Positions 1 to 14,699 of a stretch of DNA of 64,000 nucleotides are shown piece after piece. The translations under genes were made by a program, and so were the position numbers. How positions within the stretch are numbered: position 1 is the first letter of the stretch; every line of letters starts with the position of its first letter. The notes beneath the pieces were generated by a model. The model worked only from the letters and a program-made list of their open reading frames with translations, was not told the origin of the DNA and searched no databases. Source of the DNA: the human T2T-CHM13v2.0 reference genome, Homo sapiens; NCBI RefSeq assembly GCF_009914755.1, contig NC_060932.1, one strand, 5' to 3'.

Positions 1-130
1 CGCTTGAGCCTAGGAGTTTGAGGCTGCAGTGAGCTATGCTCATGCCACGGCACTCTAGCCTGGGTGACAGGGCAAGACCCTATCTCCAAAAAAAAAAAAA
101 AAAAACAAAAAAAAAAAAAACAAAGAAAAA
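1..130 (+). mobile_element. Alu 3' portion with poly(A) tail (AluJ-like)
   Basis: Alu right-arm sequence followed by an A-rich tail. Confidence 0.9.
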
Positions 131-656
131 CCCAAAGCCTGGGATGAATCAGGATTAGAGAATGGCAGGTGCATATCTGGGAGGCAACAGGTGGAAGATG
201 AAGCCTCGGTCACCTGGGCTGAAGAACAGGTATCTTTAGAAAGGTTCTCCTGTTCATTTGTCATTTAACTCTTGTTTGTTGAGTGTTGTGCGGTCACTGT
301 AAGGTGGAGTGGAGGACTAGGTGGTTTAGGGGCTTTGCAATTGAGAAGTAGAGACAGACTGGAAATACTCAAGTAAACAAATGCACAAAAATACTTCCAA
401 ATTATAATTGTTGCTATTAAAGAGATAGTGCTGAGACAAGGAAGAGTAGGAGTACATGGGCTGGCATCAGGAGGGAGGTCATGGAGGGCCTCCCTGAAGC
501 AGGGATGCATGGGCAAGAAGGAGAGATGGGAGAAGAGAGAACAGCAGCCACAAAGGGCCATTGCAGGGAAAGGAAGGACATCAGTGTGCTATGGCATGAG
601 AGAGCTTGGGGACGTAACACAGGATGAAGCTGGAAAGGAATAGAAGGGTAAGATCA

Positions 657-790
657 GTCGGGCGCGGTGGCTCACACCTGTAATCTGAGCACTTTGGGAG
701 GATCAGTTGAGGCCAGGAGTTTGAGACCAACATGGGTAACATAGTGAGACTCTTGTCTCTACTAAAAATAAAAGTAAAAAATTTAAAAAA
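657..790 (+). mobile_element. Alu monomer (FLAM-like)
   Basis: Left-arm sequence plus A tail, flanked by TSD AGAAGGG(T/C)AAGATCA. Confidence 0.85.
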
Positions 791-1191
791 GAAGGGCAAG
801 ATCACACGCAGCAGACTTGATAAACGGTTTGCATTTTATTTATGCAAGCAGCCTGGCTTGGTGTCTGAAATTCTACTAACCAGGGTCTTCTCTTTTTAGC
901 AGAGGAGTAGCACACTGAGCATTTATCATTCATTTAAACCTTTATGTTCGTCTGTCATGTTTCCTATGAGGGGAGGGCCAGAGCCACTGAGTGAAACTGA
1001 GTTACACTGGGTTATGAGGAAAGAAAGAGATGGAGAATTGATTTCGGGAGAAGGGGAAACATCTAAGGAATGTGGACTGGGGACAGTGGAAGGAGTAAAG
1101 AAAGACAGCCGATCACCTGTGCCTACCTCTTGCACAAGGTGGGTCCCAGTTTCTACTAAACAAGTACCTTACCATTAAAAGAACTAGCCTT

Positions 1192-1495
<304 letters not shown>

Positions 1496-1509
1496 CTAGC
1501 CCCTTGGGC

Positions 1510-1705
1510 TTTGGGGTCACACAGACCCAAATTAGAATCTGGGCCTGGAACAAGAGGTTTCTTTGTGCTTTTCTCTCCTCGTCTATAAAATGAGGATCTG
1601 AAGATTTACCCAGTAGGATTTTGGAGAAGATTAAAGCAGATGTATTTAAAGCACTCAGTGCTATGCTTAGAGCATGGTAGGTGCTCAATACATGTTAATT
1701 TCCTC
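1510..1705 (+). mobile_element. MIR
   Basis: MIR core-like TTCTCTCCTCGTCTATAAAATGAGG and 3' end GGTAGGTGCTCAATACATG. Confidence 0.65.
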
Positions 1706-3222
1706 CTCACTGACAACATAACAATATTTTAGAAGATTGTACTGTTTCCAGAAGGCAGACAAGTGGAATGAGAGGGATAATATTTACCACTCTTTCATAA
1801 TGTTCCCCCTGGACAAAGAGCAGACCAGTGATGCCCTGTGGTGAGTGGACCCCTCACTAGGTAGGGAGTGAGCCCTTCCTCCTAGTCCATGTTTTCCTCC
1901 TTCTATAAATAGAGGGTGGAGTGGGCTGGATCTGTCGCTAAGTGTCCAGAAGTAGACTAGTTTAAAAACCTTCCTGGACCTTACCTCCGGATATTCTGTT
2001 CAGGATGTCTGAGCTGGGGCCCAGGGTGATTCTGATGGAGGGGAGTACTTGGGCACACCAACGGAAACAAGTGATCTCCAAGGCCCTGCCCTGGCTTGGA
2101 GACCAGCACGCAGGGGACCACGTGCACACTCTTTGTTCGCCACCAGAGGGCAGGCCTGAGGCACGATGGCTGAGCTAGGTGCCCTTTGTCCCCATCAGGG
2201 ATAGAAAGACCCCAGGGAAAATCTGTAGCCACCCAGAGAATGAGGTGCAGGGTGGGCATTGCAGGAGTTCTTCAGGAGGTGTGTGCGCTAACTGGGGATA
2301 AGAGAAAGCCCGAGTCGACTAGATTCTGTGAAGTGCATGCTTCCTCTGTGCCCTCTTGTCCAGCAGGATTTGGACAGATGAGCTTCTTGTCTTCCTGCAG
2401 GGAGGATGTGTCCTCAGAATCCTAGCAGAGCCCCCATGCTGGCCGGCAGTCTGTACAGTTCTAGCCAAAGCAGCGTCTGTTTCGGAGGGCCAGTCACTGC
2501 TGACCCTCATTTGTCACCACTGTCACCGCTGCTAAAAGGATGCAGCCACAGGGGAAGGCAGTGGGCAGGTTCCGATCCAATCTGCAGTCTCTGACCCTTC
2601 AGAGCTACACACACAAAGAAAACGATCGTCATTGCCTGATTCCATCTGCAGTGAAGAAGGCATCACTTCCAGCTCAAGTGTCCTAGTCAATGCCCTTTGT
2701 TTTGGCAAAGAAGGATTCCAGTACCTTCTCTTTACTGCCGCATTCATTTCAACCTTCTCTGCAGGCTGTGTTAGAGGCCACAGCCCTTGGCATCCAATTG
2801 CAGCACTCTGGGCATTGGGGATTTTCTTTGCCACCTCTGGGCTCTGTTTTGTCAGCAGTTTCTGCTCTGGAGTTCCCCTACTCTGTGAAATTCTGAACAT
2901 TGCACTAACGCAGAGACCCAGGGCGCCACAGAAGCAGAAATGGCTACTCTAGCTCCCCAAAGGGGAACATGAAACCAAGAGCAGCAGTGGGCTAGTCAGG
3001 GAGGGAACACGTTCCGGGCAGATGCTGAGGAACTGAGAGCAGCACAGCCGCCCGAGGCACTGGAGTTATGTCTGCATCTCCCCAGCCCCACTTCCCTGCA
3101 GTTTGGATGATGCAAACATGTGCAAAGGGCTGGCTGGGTGCCTCCACTCATACCTCCCTCCCTGCATTCAGTCCTGCTTGAGCCCCCAGCCTTGTCAGGC
3201 CCTCTGTAAGGATAAGGAATGA

Positions 3223-3526
<304 letters not shown>

Positions 3527-3970
3527 AGGAATGAGTAAGACTTTTGAAAGAGTTTTTCTTCCCTGTGAGCTCAAACCTTGAATGGAAGAAAAATCACACT
3601 CACCTAGTTATGGTGTCGGTGAGGATTGTATTGTGTAGGTGGTTTACTGCGATGAATGGGCTCACACAGGGATGTACGAAGAATAATGGGAGGATGGAGT
3701 AAAGGACAGTTTCAGAAATTGAGAAAAAATTACTAGAGACACCTTGTATGACTTCGACCTTCATTTTAGGATTGGGTGCTGTCTCCGTGTTCTACCAGGC
3801 TTGCTGATACACAGCAGTTTTGTTAGTGGAGGCGGAGCTTAAAATCTAGGCAGCTACAGCCCCGCAGAGAATAATAAGCTGTTAATAATAACATTAGGTC
3901 TTCCTGGAGTTTCAGGGGCTTGGAGAAGGGGAGGCTGCCAAGAAGGAAGGCCCGGCAAAGTGATATTCCT

Positions 3971-4639
<669 letters not shown>

Positions 4640-5471
4640 TTAAAACTCACCTTGGTGGAAGAACCTTTGTCCTCGTCATAGCAATGATGGCACTTATTTA
4701 TGCACAAAATGTTAAGGGCACCTGCCAGAGACAAGGCAGTGTGCTGGTAGCTGGGAGAAGAGGGGGCTCTTTGCTTCTAGGAGTCAAGGCCTGATGGAAG
4801 AAATGTGCAAGTCATTATAGAGTGATGGTGTTATAGCAGAGCTGAACACAGGAAGGAGTGCTTAAGGCTGTGGGGGTAGGATGGGGAAAACTTCATAGAC
4901 ATGGTAACATTTCAGTTGTTTCAGAGGGAAGGAGGGGAAAAGAACGGCTTAGGGCAAGATGTAGATTAGGGAGGGCACACTGTTTTCAGGGGCAGTGAGA
5001 AGTTTGCTCTGACACTGTGTGCGTGCACCCATTGAGCATGGGGACAGAGTAGGTGTCCAGGGAGGGGAGTTGAAGCTGCGGAAAAGACAGGGATCAGACT
5101 CTGATACAGCACCTGGTTAAAATGCATTCTTCCCACTCATGGATCTGCTCAGGCAGATCCTCCCTTCCTGCACACCATGCAGAATGCCCGGGATGTTACC
5201 ATTTCACTAAACCATTGTCTAATTTAGTTACTGCATCTGGCTCTTTTATGGTGCTGGGAGAAAAGTATGGGAAAGTGGAGGTTTGGGAAGGGGCTGTGAT
5301 TGCGGAACAGGCAATTTTACATTGCTTTCTCATGTTTGGCATGAATTTAATGTTTAAAAATTCAGAAAAGTCATGCCTGACAAAGGGTACGAATATTAGA
5401 TTCACAAATAATAATTCATAATTTTACAGGAAATTTTCATTGAGTGTTTTTCTACAGAAAGTATAAGAAAC

Positions 5472-6013
<542 letters not shown>

Positions 6014-7499
6014 TCTCATTTATTTTTACAAGGATCTCTGAAGTAAAAGTGTGAGGCCTGTTTACCTGTGGTTTTTTGTTTTTTTTTTCACCTTCATCAG
6101 TGCAAAGCAGGTGGAAGATTCTCCTCGGCCCTTTTTTACTTTTCCTCATTGCGCTGAATGGTAAATATGGTAAGAAATGCAGGTTGCAGACAGTTCTCTT
6201 CCTCGGTCAATTTAAACCATTTGTTTGGTATCTTTTATGTGCCAAATACTCTCTTAGGCTCTAGTCAGAACAGACAAATCAGTTTATACCTTACATTTTT
6301 GGATATTTACGAGTGGAAACGTCAGTTATTATGGACTAAGAACCTCATAGCAATGGCTATACAATTGAAGCCAATGAGACAGACACAAGCTCTTGGAAGC
6401 TTTTATTACAAAACAAACGATTCTATGGTAAACTGGTAAATAACAAGATATATTTAAACCCATTACGCTCAAACAACGGGGACGGGGGTAGGGAATACAA
6501 CAAGAATACAAACAATATAATTATAGGTTACTTTGTTTTAAATTAATTTGAGTCTCGTTATTTACTCCCTTGCCAAGTAGTTTTTTTGTGAGCTAATAGG
6601 ACACTCCTCTCCACTGCCCTGTCCTCCGCAAAGCTGGGACTGACTGTTGGTTTTTCACAAGTAGAGAGAGGCCAAGTAGAAAGGCGTATTTTAAGCTTTC
6701 TCAGACTCGTGACTTTAACCATTACCGGTTGACAGCAATACTTGCCGACATCATCTCACCTTGCTTGCGGCGTATCAGATTGCTGGAGGGGGAAGTGCTT
6801 CACTTTCTCTTTCAGATGCACAGCTAAATTGAACTTGGATGAATTAACCATCGGTGAAACTTTGTGCGTGCCCTACGGCTACTTTCTGGGACTTCAGATT
6901 TTTAGAGATATAGGAGTGAAAAGGAGAATTTTACACCTTCTCTGAGTCTGGAAGGACAGACATTCCCCTAAAGTGGCTAAGGTGGTGAAGGGCAGAAAGA
7001 TTGGAAGTCAGGCCCACAGCAGCTCGAATTATTCCGTATTTATCTAGCTAAGCTTTGCTGAGCAGGTGTGAGCCAATTACATACTCTTTCTTCCCCCACC
7101 CCCCAGCCCATGATTACGTAGGGATTCTATGTATCCTTCGACCTCAAGCAGAGAAGCCCGAGCGCTACGAGGGCTGGTCCAGATGTTTTAGTTATTGTAC
7201 CTGCCAGGGCAACCTCCCACGGGGGTTGGCCTCGGTAGATTCCTGAGGATCAACTGGATCAGCGTTTTTCTTTCCCACGGACCCTGAAGTTAGAGCATCC
7301 CAGCATGGCTTGGACAGGCAAAGCTAAGGGGTCCCAGGCCTGCTCAATTGCTAGGACCACGAAGGGGCCTTGAGTGCCGTTTGAAGTGACAAGGCTCTGC
7401 CTGGGCAGTCAGGACACTCTTGATTTTAACTCCGATTCAGTAGGTTTTCCCCAAGACTCAGTTTCCCTTTCCTGTGGGATATAAACTCTTCCTTTCTTG

Positions 7500-8700
7500 C
7501 TCCTCCACAGCTCATCTCCTCCTCTCCGCCCCACGGTGCGGTGTGGGTCCCATCCACTGGCACTGTAAACCCTCAGGACCCCGGGGCGCTGGGATCGCAG
7601 CAGCTGCCCCCGACAGCGCTGCAGGCACCAGCGAAATGCGCTGCGCCCCCACGCACCCCTCAGGGAGCCGAGGTGGGCGTGACTGTAAAGCGGGCGCACA
7701 GAGCGCAGATCGCGCCACATCGGCCTCGGCGGGCTGCGGCTGCTCCCCATTCCTCCGCCCTACTAAGTTCCTCGCGGCCGGAAGGCACAAAAGGATGTTT
7801 CAGGGCGGGGTTTCCCATACCCCGCAGCCTTCCCCGGATGCCTCCTTCCCGGCTCGGAGTTGGAAGGGTTTCCTCAGGGCTCTCATTTCCTGCAGCCCGG
7901 CGCCTCCACGCGGGCCAGATCCCGTCTCTGCAGCCTCCCCCCGGCCCGCGCCCATTCCCCGCCCCCAGGAGCCGGGCCCGGACGCTCCCGGGAAGCAGCC
8001 GCCCTCTCCGGGGCCGGGCGTGGCCGGGCCCTCCCCGCCGGGTTCCCGCCCGCCGCCGTTCCAGTCCTCAGCCGCGCCAGGGCGGGGGCCAGGCGAGTTC
8101 AGCGCCAGCAACGGCGGGGGAGGAGGGCCCGGGAGCCCTCCCGGGCTGCGCGGCGCCGGCCGGCGGTGCAGTCGCGCGCTCGCCGCCAGCGAAGCCATTG
8201 GCTCGGCGCAGTCACCCCACGCGGGGCTGCCGCGGCGGCCTCCGCGGATTGGCGCGCAGGCGGGCAGGGACCGGGGCGCGCGCAGGCGAGTGCGTGCGGC
8301 CCCGAAGCCCCGCCGTCTCGGGGTCCCGCCCTTCCCCCCGGCCGCGACGACCACCCCTCCATTGTCCCCGCGTGGCCCAGGCCGCGCCTGGGGCCGCCGC
8401 CAAACCCGGTCCCCACCGCCCCGGCCCGAAGAAAGCGCGCGAAAGGCGCGCTCCCAGCGCGGGCGCTCGCGCCGCCTGCTGCCCCCGGCCGTTCACTGCC
8501 GCATTTCGCGCTCTCGCGCCGCGCCCCGCCCCACCGGCCTAAATTTGCATATCCCAGGATCGCGGCCAATCGCTGCTCGTCTCTCTCGAAGCGGATGGCT
8601 TTTGCCTGAGAGGAAAGGGAGTGGCTGGCGGCGCATGCGCCACGGTGGCCGACTTGAACCGAGGCTTTTATTGCTGTAGTTTATTTCCACCCCCTTCCCT
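7500..8700. promoter_or_regulatory. DPYSL2: CpG island / proximal promoter of the DPYSL2 short isoform
   Basis: Very GC- and CpG-rich stretch immediately upstream of exon 1. Boundaries approximate. Confidence 0.9.
8524..8640 (+). promoter_or_regulatory. Core promoter motif cluster: GC box, octamer, CCAAT, NRF1
   Basis: CCCCGCCCC 8524-8532, ATTTGCAT 8543-8550, CCAAT 8566-8570 in GGCCAATCG, and palindrome GCGCATGCGC 8631-8640. Confidence 0.75.
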
Positions 8701-8719
8701 CCTGTTTCTCTCTCTCCTT

Positions 8720-8741
8720 CTCTCTCTCTCTCTCTCTCTCT
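8720..8741 (+). repeat. DPYSL2: (CT)11 dinucleotide repeat in the pyrimidine-rich 5' leader
   Basis: 11 CT units counted directly, within a pyrimidine tract of about 8690-8750. Confidence 0.92.
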
Positions 8742-8977
8742 TTTTTTTCCGCCCTAGCTGGGGCTGTGTTGGAGGAGAGGAAGAAAGAGAGACAGAGGAT
8801 TGCATTCATCCGTTACGTTCTTGAAATTTCCTAATAGCAAGACCAGCGAAGCGGTTGCACCCTTTTCAATCTTGCAAAGGAAAAAAACAAAACAAAACAA
8901 AAAAAACCCAAGTCCCCTTCCCGGCAGTTTTTGCCTTAAAGCTGCCCTCTTGAAATTAATTTTTTCCCAGGAGAGAG

Positions 8978-9016
8978 ATGTCTTATCAGGGGAAGAAAAA
9001 TATTCCACGCATCACG
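8978..9016 (+). CDS. DPYSL2: DPYSL2/CRMP2 coding exon 1 of the short isoform (MSYQGKKNIPRIT)
   Basis: ATG at 8978 (GAG ATG T) reads MSYQGKKNIPRIT, the known CRMP2 N-terminus. Ends at donor ACG|GTGAGT, 39 nt, phase 0. Confidence 0.97.
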
Positions 9017-9619
9017 GTGAGTTTGGTACTTGGGAAATCTGCGGTCGGCCAGCCACCTTTTGTAGCACAGAAGGTCTAAGGAATTTTTAAAAAGGAGGGG
9101 AAAGGAGAGGGACCGAACTTTTTTTTTCCTTTCTGTTGCTAACGGAGGCGATGGTGATGGTGGTGGTGGTTGTGGGAGATGCAGTGATCCAGGATTAGAA
9201 GTCGCATCGTTTGCAAGGCATTAAACAGGAGCGCGAGTGCACGAAGGTAGCCTTAGGTAACGCGCCAGACCCGGTCTATCTTTTATTGTCAGTGAGAGAT
9301 GCTGCAGCGTCGGCCTGCGGGGTGCAAGCAAATGGATGCCAGATTGAATATGCATGCCTGGAGCTCGGATATTGTTCTCTGGGCTGCGTGCTGCGAGGCT
9401 GGACTCCTCCAGCAGCGATGGGGAGATGGGGACTTGGATCCTCCCCGGGTCTTCCGCCCCCACCCAAAAAGGGCTTTCTGGAGCCTTCTCCGGGTCCTTG
9501 GAAAAAGGAGCGGGTTTGAGCCCTAAGGCGTAATGACAGCAGAGGGATGCTGAAAAGGGCAGGGTGTACCGGAATGGTGTGGAAACGGGAAGGAAAAACA
9601 GGGACGAGGTGATGAGCAG

Positions 9620-9960
9620 AGGAGGAAGGCGGGGGGCAAGGCGGGGGCTTCTTGTTGGCCAGGAACCGGTTTTGGGTGCCCCCCCCCGGTTTTCTCGCCC
9701 TGTAGTTCGGGGCTGGGGCCCTGGCGGGGATTCGGGCTCTTTTTCACGTCTCTTTTCCGCCCCTTCTGCCGCTCAGGAGGCGTCCGTGTTGGTGCATACA
9801 AAGCGGACTGCAGGGTGGGCGCGGGGACCGCGGCGAGCGGCCGGGCGCTAATGGCGCTGCGCGACGCGGGAGCAGATGGCCCGGCCCCGGCCAGACAATG
9901 ATCGCGGCGGCCGGAGGGCTCGGCGCAGTGCTGGGGCCTGGACTTGTTGGTTTGCAAACC
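9620..9960. promoter_or_regulatory. Second CpG-rich segment in intron 1
   Basis: Dense CpG/GC content, e.g. GGGCGCGGGGACCGCGGCGAGCGGCCGGGCGC. Confidence 0.6.
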
Positions 9961-10994
9961 ACGGGGAAAACGTCTGTGCCGTGAATTAGCGATGCCTCAG
10001 AGATCAGCACCAGTCTTGCTCCCACCTCTCCCCTGCTCCCTCCCTCTCCCCATCTTTTCCTGGAAAAATTCGTTCGTCCTATTCTTTCCATCCCCAGTGA
10101 AATCCCAGGGAGGGGGGAACACCAGGGAAATTCATTGTTATATAAGGATGTGCAATTGCAACCGGCCAGCTGATTCCCGGGTAGAACCTAGGACTGAGGC
10201 AGAGATCGAAAGAGCCTTTTAAAACAGTCAGGATGTGTTTTTAGGGCTGGATATAAGGACGCTCTTTGGTTCTGGTTTTCCTTTTAGCCATGGGCACCCC
10301 GGCTTCCTCTCCGTGCACAAGGGCACACCCATCCGCAGGAGAGAGAAGGGGAGCAAATGCATAGGGGAGGGGGCGTGTGCTCGGAGGATTTTCTAGGATG
10401 ATCTGAAGAAGGGCGCTAGCTTCTTCTTGAAGGCAAAAGACCCAAGATCCCAAAGGGCCGGGCACGGGGCACCCACCCTTGTGTGTTCACTGTGCTGGAG
10501 GAAGGAGTGGTGACTCTGGGGAGGGAGGATGGAAAGCAGATTTGCAGCAAGCCTCAAATAATTTGCTGTCTTCGTGAATGAACAAGGCAGCTTCATTTTG
10601 ACAGTGTGGGGAGAAAAAAAAAATTAAAAGCAAACGATCAACAAGACTTTTTTTTTTTTTTTTTTAAAGAGCGCCCCCCCCCACACCCTTTAAAAAATCT
10701 GGTTGCATTATCATAGGACCTATAGCATGGTATTCCTCCCTCCCTCACCACTGGCAGCCTCTTATGTAAGAGCCTTCTGGAAGGCACTAGAGTGAACGGG
10801 GGTGTGGTGTTTCACTTTTTTTCATGGCATCATGTTGGCTCGGGATATTCGCGGTGATGGCTGGGGCAGGTACCACAGTGACTGTGGAGGCAGGAGGTGA
10901 AGGGGGAGGCCTCTCCTTGCCTTCCAGGTGATATTTATTCCATGGAAGCTTAGAGATCTGGGAGAGAAGTGGAGGTCATTGTAGACAGAGGACA

Positions 10995-11160
10995 AGTGCA
11001 CTGATTTGAGTGACCTGGGCAAGTGGCCTAACCTCTCTGAGCCTCAGTTTCCTTATGTGTCATGGGAATAGAACCTGGCCTCATCTACCTCACAGATTTC
11101 TTTCGAGGCTCTGATGTCATGATGTGCACGGCTTTGTAAAGGTCTTTACACTTACCTTAT
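10995..11160 (+). mobile_element. MIR
   Basis: Core GACCTGGGCAAGTGGCCTAACCTCTCTGAGCCTCAGTTTCC. Confidence 0.75.
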
Positions 11161-12095
11161 ACAGGTGCAGGAATTATTGTTGGCTATTCTCCTTTGACTT
11201 TCCAAAGTCTATGTGAGGATCAGGGACCCTGCAGTGTACAAAATTAAAATGATCTTATTGGTTTTCAGTATGTTAGAGAGACAATAAATACTTTCTGAAC
11301 CAAGGTGTGTGTATTTATGTGTAAAATTATCTTTTTTCCTTGCTCTCTAGTAGCTTATCTCTTTTTTAAAGATTTTCTATGATTTCCTTTTCTTGGTAGC
11401 TGCTAAAGAGAGGTAGCACTTGCTGAGAATATTGTTTTGTAACTGAATTTTGAGTTAACTATTGCCAAAAGAATGTCATTCTTTGAAATGTGTTGCATAT
11501 TAAAAGGGCAATGTATGGTTCAGCTTGCCAGGTTTAAGCCCATTCTGTATAATACAGGTGCATATTTACTGAACACTCGATGCCAGCATTCCTTCCATCA
11601 GCAGCATTTGCAATAACGATGAGTCATAATGTAGCATTTCTGTCACATTCTCAGACTTTATCTGCTGCTTGTCCTTTATTTTTTAGCATAAATATCACCG
11701 GTTAAAATATAAGTGCATCAGCAATCTGTAGTGCATTGCATCTTAGAATTTGCTATCTCAGATACTTATTCGTGGGAGTTTACCTTTTTCTTAACAGCCT
11801 AGTTAAAATGGCATAAATGGCGTATTTTTTGTAGTCTTTTTGCTATACTTGCTGTGATTTACCTCAAAGATAAATGCAAATATAAAGGACATATTGAATG
11901 GAAACCTTGCTATGGTTGAACCCAGTGTATTTGTGTGGTATATCCCGTGACAGCAGACTTTTTGGTCAATTGTGCTTGCTTGACACAGTCTTTCCAAGAC
12001 ATGGCTTTCCTATATGTAGGTGGTTTTTTTTGTTGTTGTTTGTTTGTTTTTAAATTGAGGTTTAGCCAAAAGCCATTTTAAAAAGTACTATCTTC

Positions 12096-12415
<320 letters not shown>

Positions 12416-12601
12416 TCACTGCTTTTTTTTTTTCTTTGGAGTCCAAGGTCTAATTGAAAGAGATGGTTCGTTTATCTAGGATAAGCTGTCCCTGTGTGTT
12501 CTGACTCATCAGGTGATGAATAGGTTGCCACATACAGGCTTACCTTTGTCACTGAACCTTTCCAAAATGGGCTTATTTTGAACATCACTTTTGAACAGTG
12601 A

Positions 12602-12775
<174 letters not shown>

Positions 12776-14514
12776 TAAGTGTAACTCATGATATACAGAT
12801 GTATTTGAACACTTTCCAGACTTCCCAAGTATTAGATACCATTCGCATCCAAAGTATCAAACTTCAGGAACATCAGAGAGTGACCAACTTAGTATCTGTT
12901 TTAAACTGGTTTTGATTGGTGGTAATTAGTGAATTTGAAAACTCAAATTTAGGGAATTCAAAGCAACAATTAATGTACACCCGTTGCATTAGGTATTATG
13001 TAATTTACTATTTTTAACTGAGGTGATATGATATCTTTCTGTTGCCAGCTCAAATACTTGGTTTGTGATATGTTGAATATATTAAAGTTTTGCCTAGAAT
13101 GTCATTGTTTGGGTTGGATTGCCCAAAGGACGCAAACGTGAAAGACAGTCTCCTCTATTGAGACAGCACATCTGCTTTCTTCATCAAGAATCCAAGTTGG
13201 AGGGGCCAAAGAAAGATACCAAGTTAATTACTAAGTAATACAGACAAATTACTGCCTAAATCCTGAGGGAATTTTAGGTTTTATTCTAAGTGGCAACTAG
13301 TGCAAATAAGACTGCCCTTGTGTTTATTGTGTTAATGTTACAAAGGAGAAGCAACAGGGCAGTTCCTGAGTTTGGGTATTTTTGGACGCCAGAGGGTTAA
13401 GGAAGCTGAGTTCATCCCAGTATCTGCCTACCCTTTCTACTGGGGTAGCTCCCGGGGCTCTGGAGAAATAGCACATCTGTTTGAAGACAAACACTGCAGC
13501 CAGTGACAGCTTTTAAATAAGCAGCATTCATCAAGGGATAGCTGTAAACCGGTCCAGAGGAGTGGAAAACTGGAGTGGCTGTGACTGTTGCCTGGGAGCT
13601 CACACCCAGATTTATGAACCTAAAATAGATTTTAACATTTCCACGTTTAATGTTTTCTCCATGTGTGTTTGCTGTGACAGTCTCAGCTCCAGGCTCTCAA
13701 ATGCCATGACTTTGATGTTCCATTTTCCCCCAATTATAAGATGGCACGATCTGGTCTGGTAGAATGACACTGGCCCAGAAGTGTGCAGGCCTGTGTGCTG
13801 TTTTTACTCATCACTGATTTGTTCTAGAACTTTATCAACTTCTCCTAGATTAATATTCCTTTTAAAAAATTGGTAGAAAGATATAAAAATATTTTTTAAA
13901 AGTTGGAAATGAATCATGTCTCCCAACATAATGAATATTCATTTTTCTGCCTTTTAAAATTATATTTCAGCTGTTAGCTTTTTCATTATCTGAATAACTA
14001 AACACACGCTTCCAAAATTTTAAATCATTGCAATCATAGTGTTCACTTTTTTTTTTTTTTGCTTTGATTTGTTCTACCTCACCCTTCCACCCCTATTTTC
14101 CCTCTGGTGAAAAGGATATGATAAAAATAAATGTTTGGAAAGTACGGCCAGGTCTGGAGAAAATTGCTATAGGATAATTAGCTCAATTGCAAGTGCTGTA
14201 AAGAAAGTTTAATGACAGTTCTTAGAAATATCTTGGGGCCTTGTTATCATTTGATCTTAGGGGGTTTCTTGGGAACAAAACGTCTTTGAGTGGGGCCTCT
14301 GGTGCCTTATTTAACTTTTGCTTTCTAGTATACTCTGCATTGCCTCTTGCTGGGGGGTAGGAGTATATAGTGTTTTATTATGAATCGTAACAATGATCTG
14401 AAAAGCCCACGGCACAGAGCGGAGGATAGTTTATAGGTTAGTGAAAGTAGCTGTCAGATCCCATTTGAGTCCACGTTTCATTTACAACCCTTATCACCAA
14501 CCCTGTTTATTTAG

Positions 14515-14699
14515 GCAAATAGGAGAAAATCTGATTGTGCCAGGAGGAGTGAAGACCATCGAGGCCCACTCCCGGATGGTGATCCCCGGAGGAATTGACG
14601 TCCACACTCGTTTCCAGATGCCTGATCAGGGAATGACGTCTGCTGATGATTTCTTCCAAGGAACCAAGGCGGCCCTGGCTGGGGGAACCACTATGATCA
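14515..14699 (+). CDS. DPYSL2: DPYSL2 coding exon 3 ([11 protein letters not shown]...GGIDVHTR...ALAGGTTMI)
   Basis: Acceptor tttatttag|G and donor A|gtaaga; 185 nt. Amidohydrolase-fold motifs PGGIDVH and GGTT; lies within ORF 14441..14734. Confidence 0.97.

Noticed and set aside
7409-8679. Long overlapping ORFs of 249-401 aa
   Set aside because: Pro/Ala/Arg/Gly-rich ORFs in several frames on both strands are expected from stop-codon scarcity in a CpG island, and no domain is recognisable.
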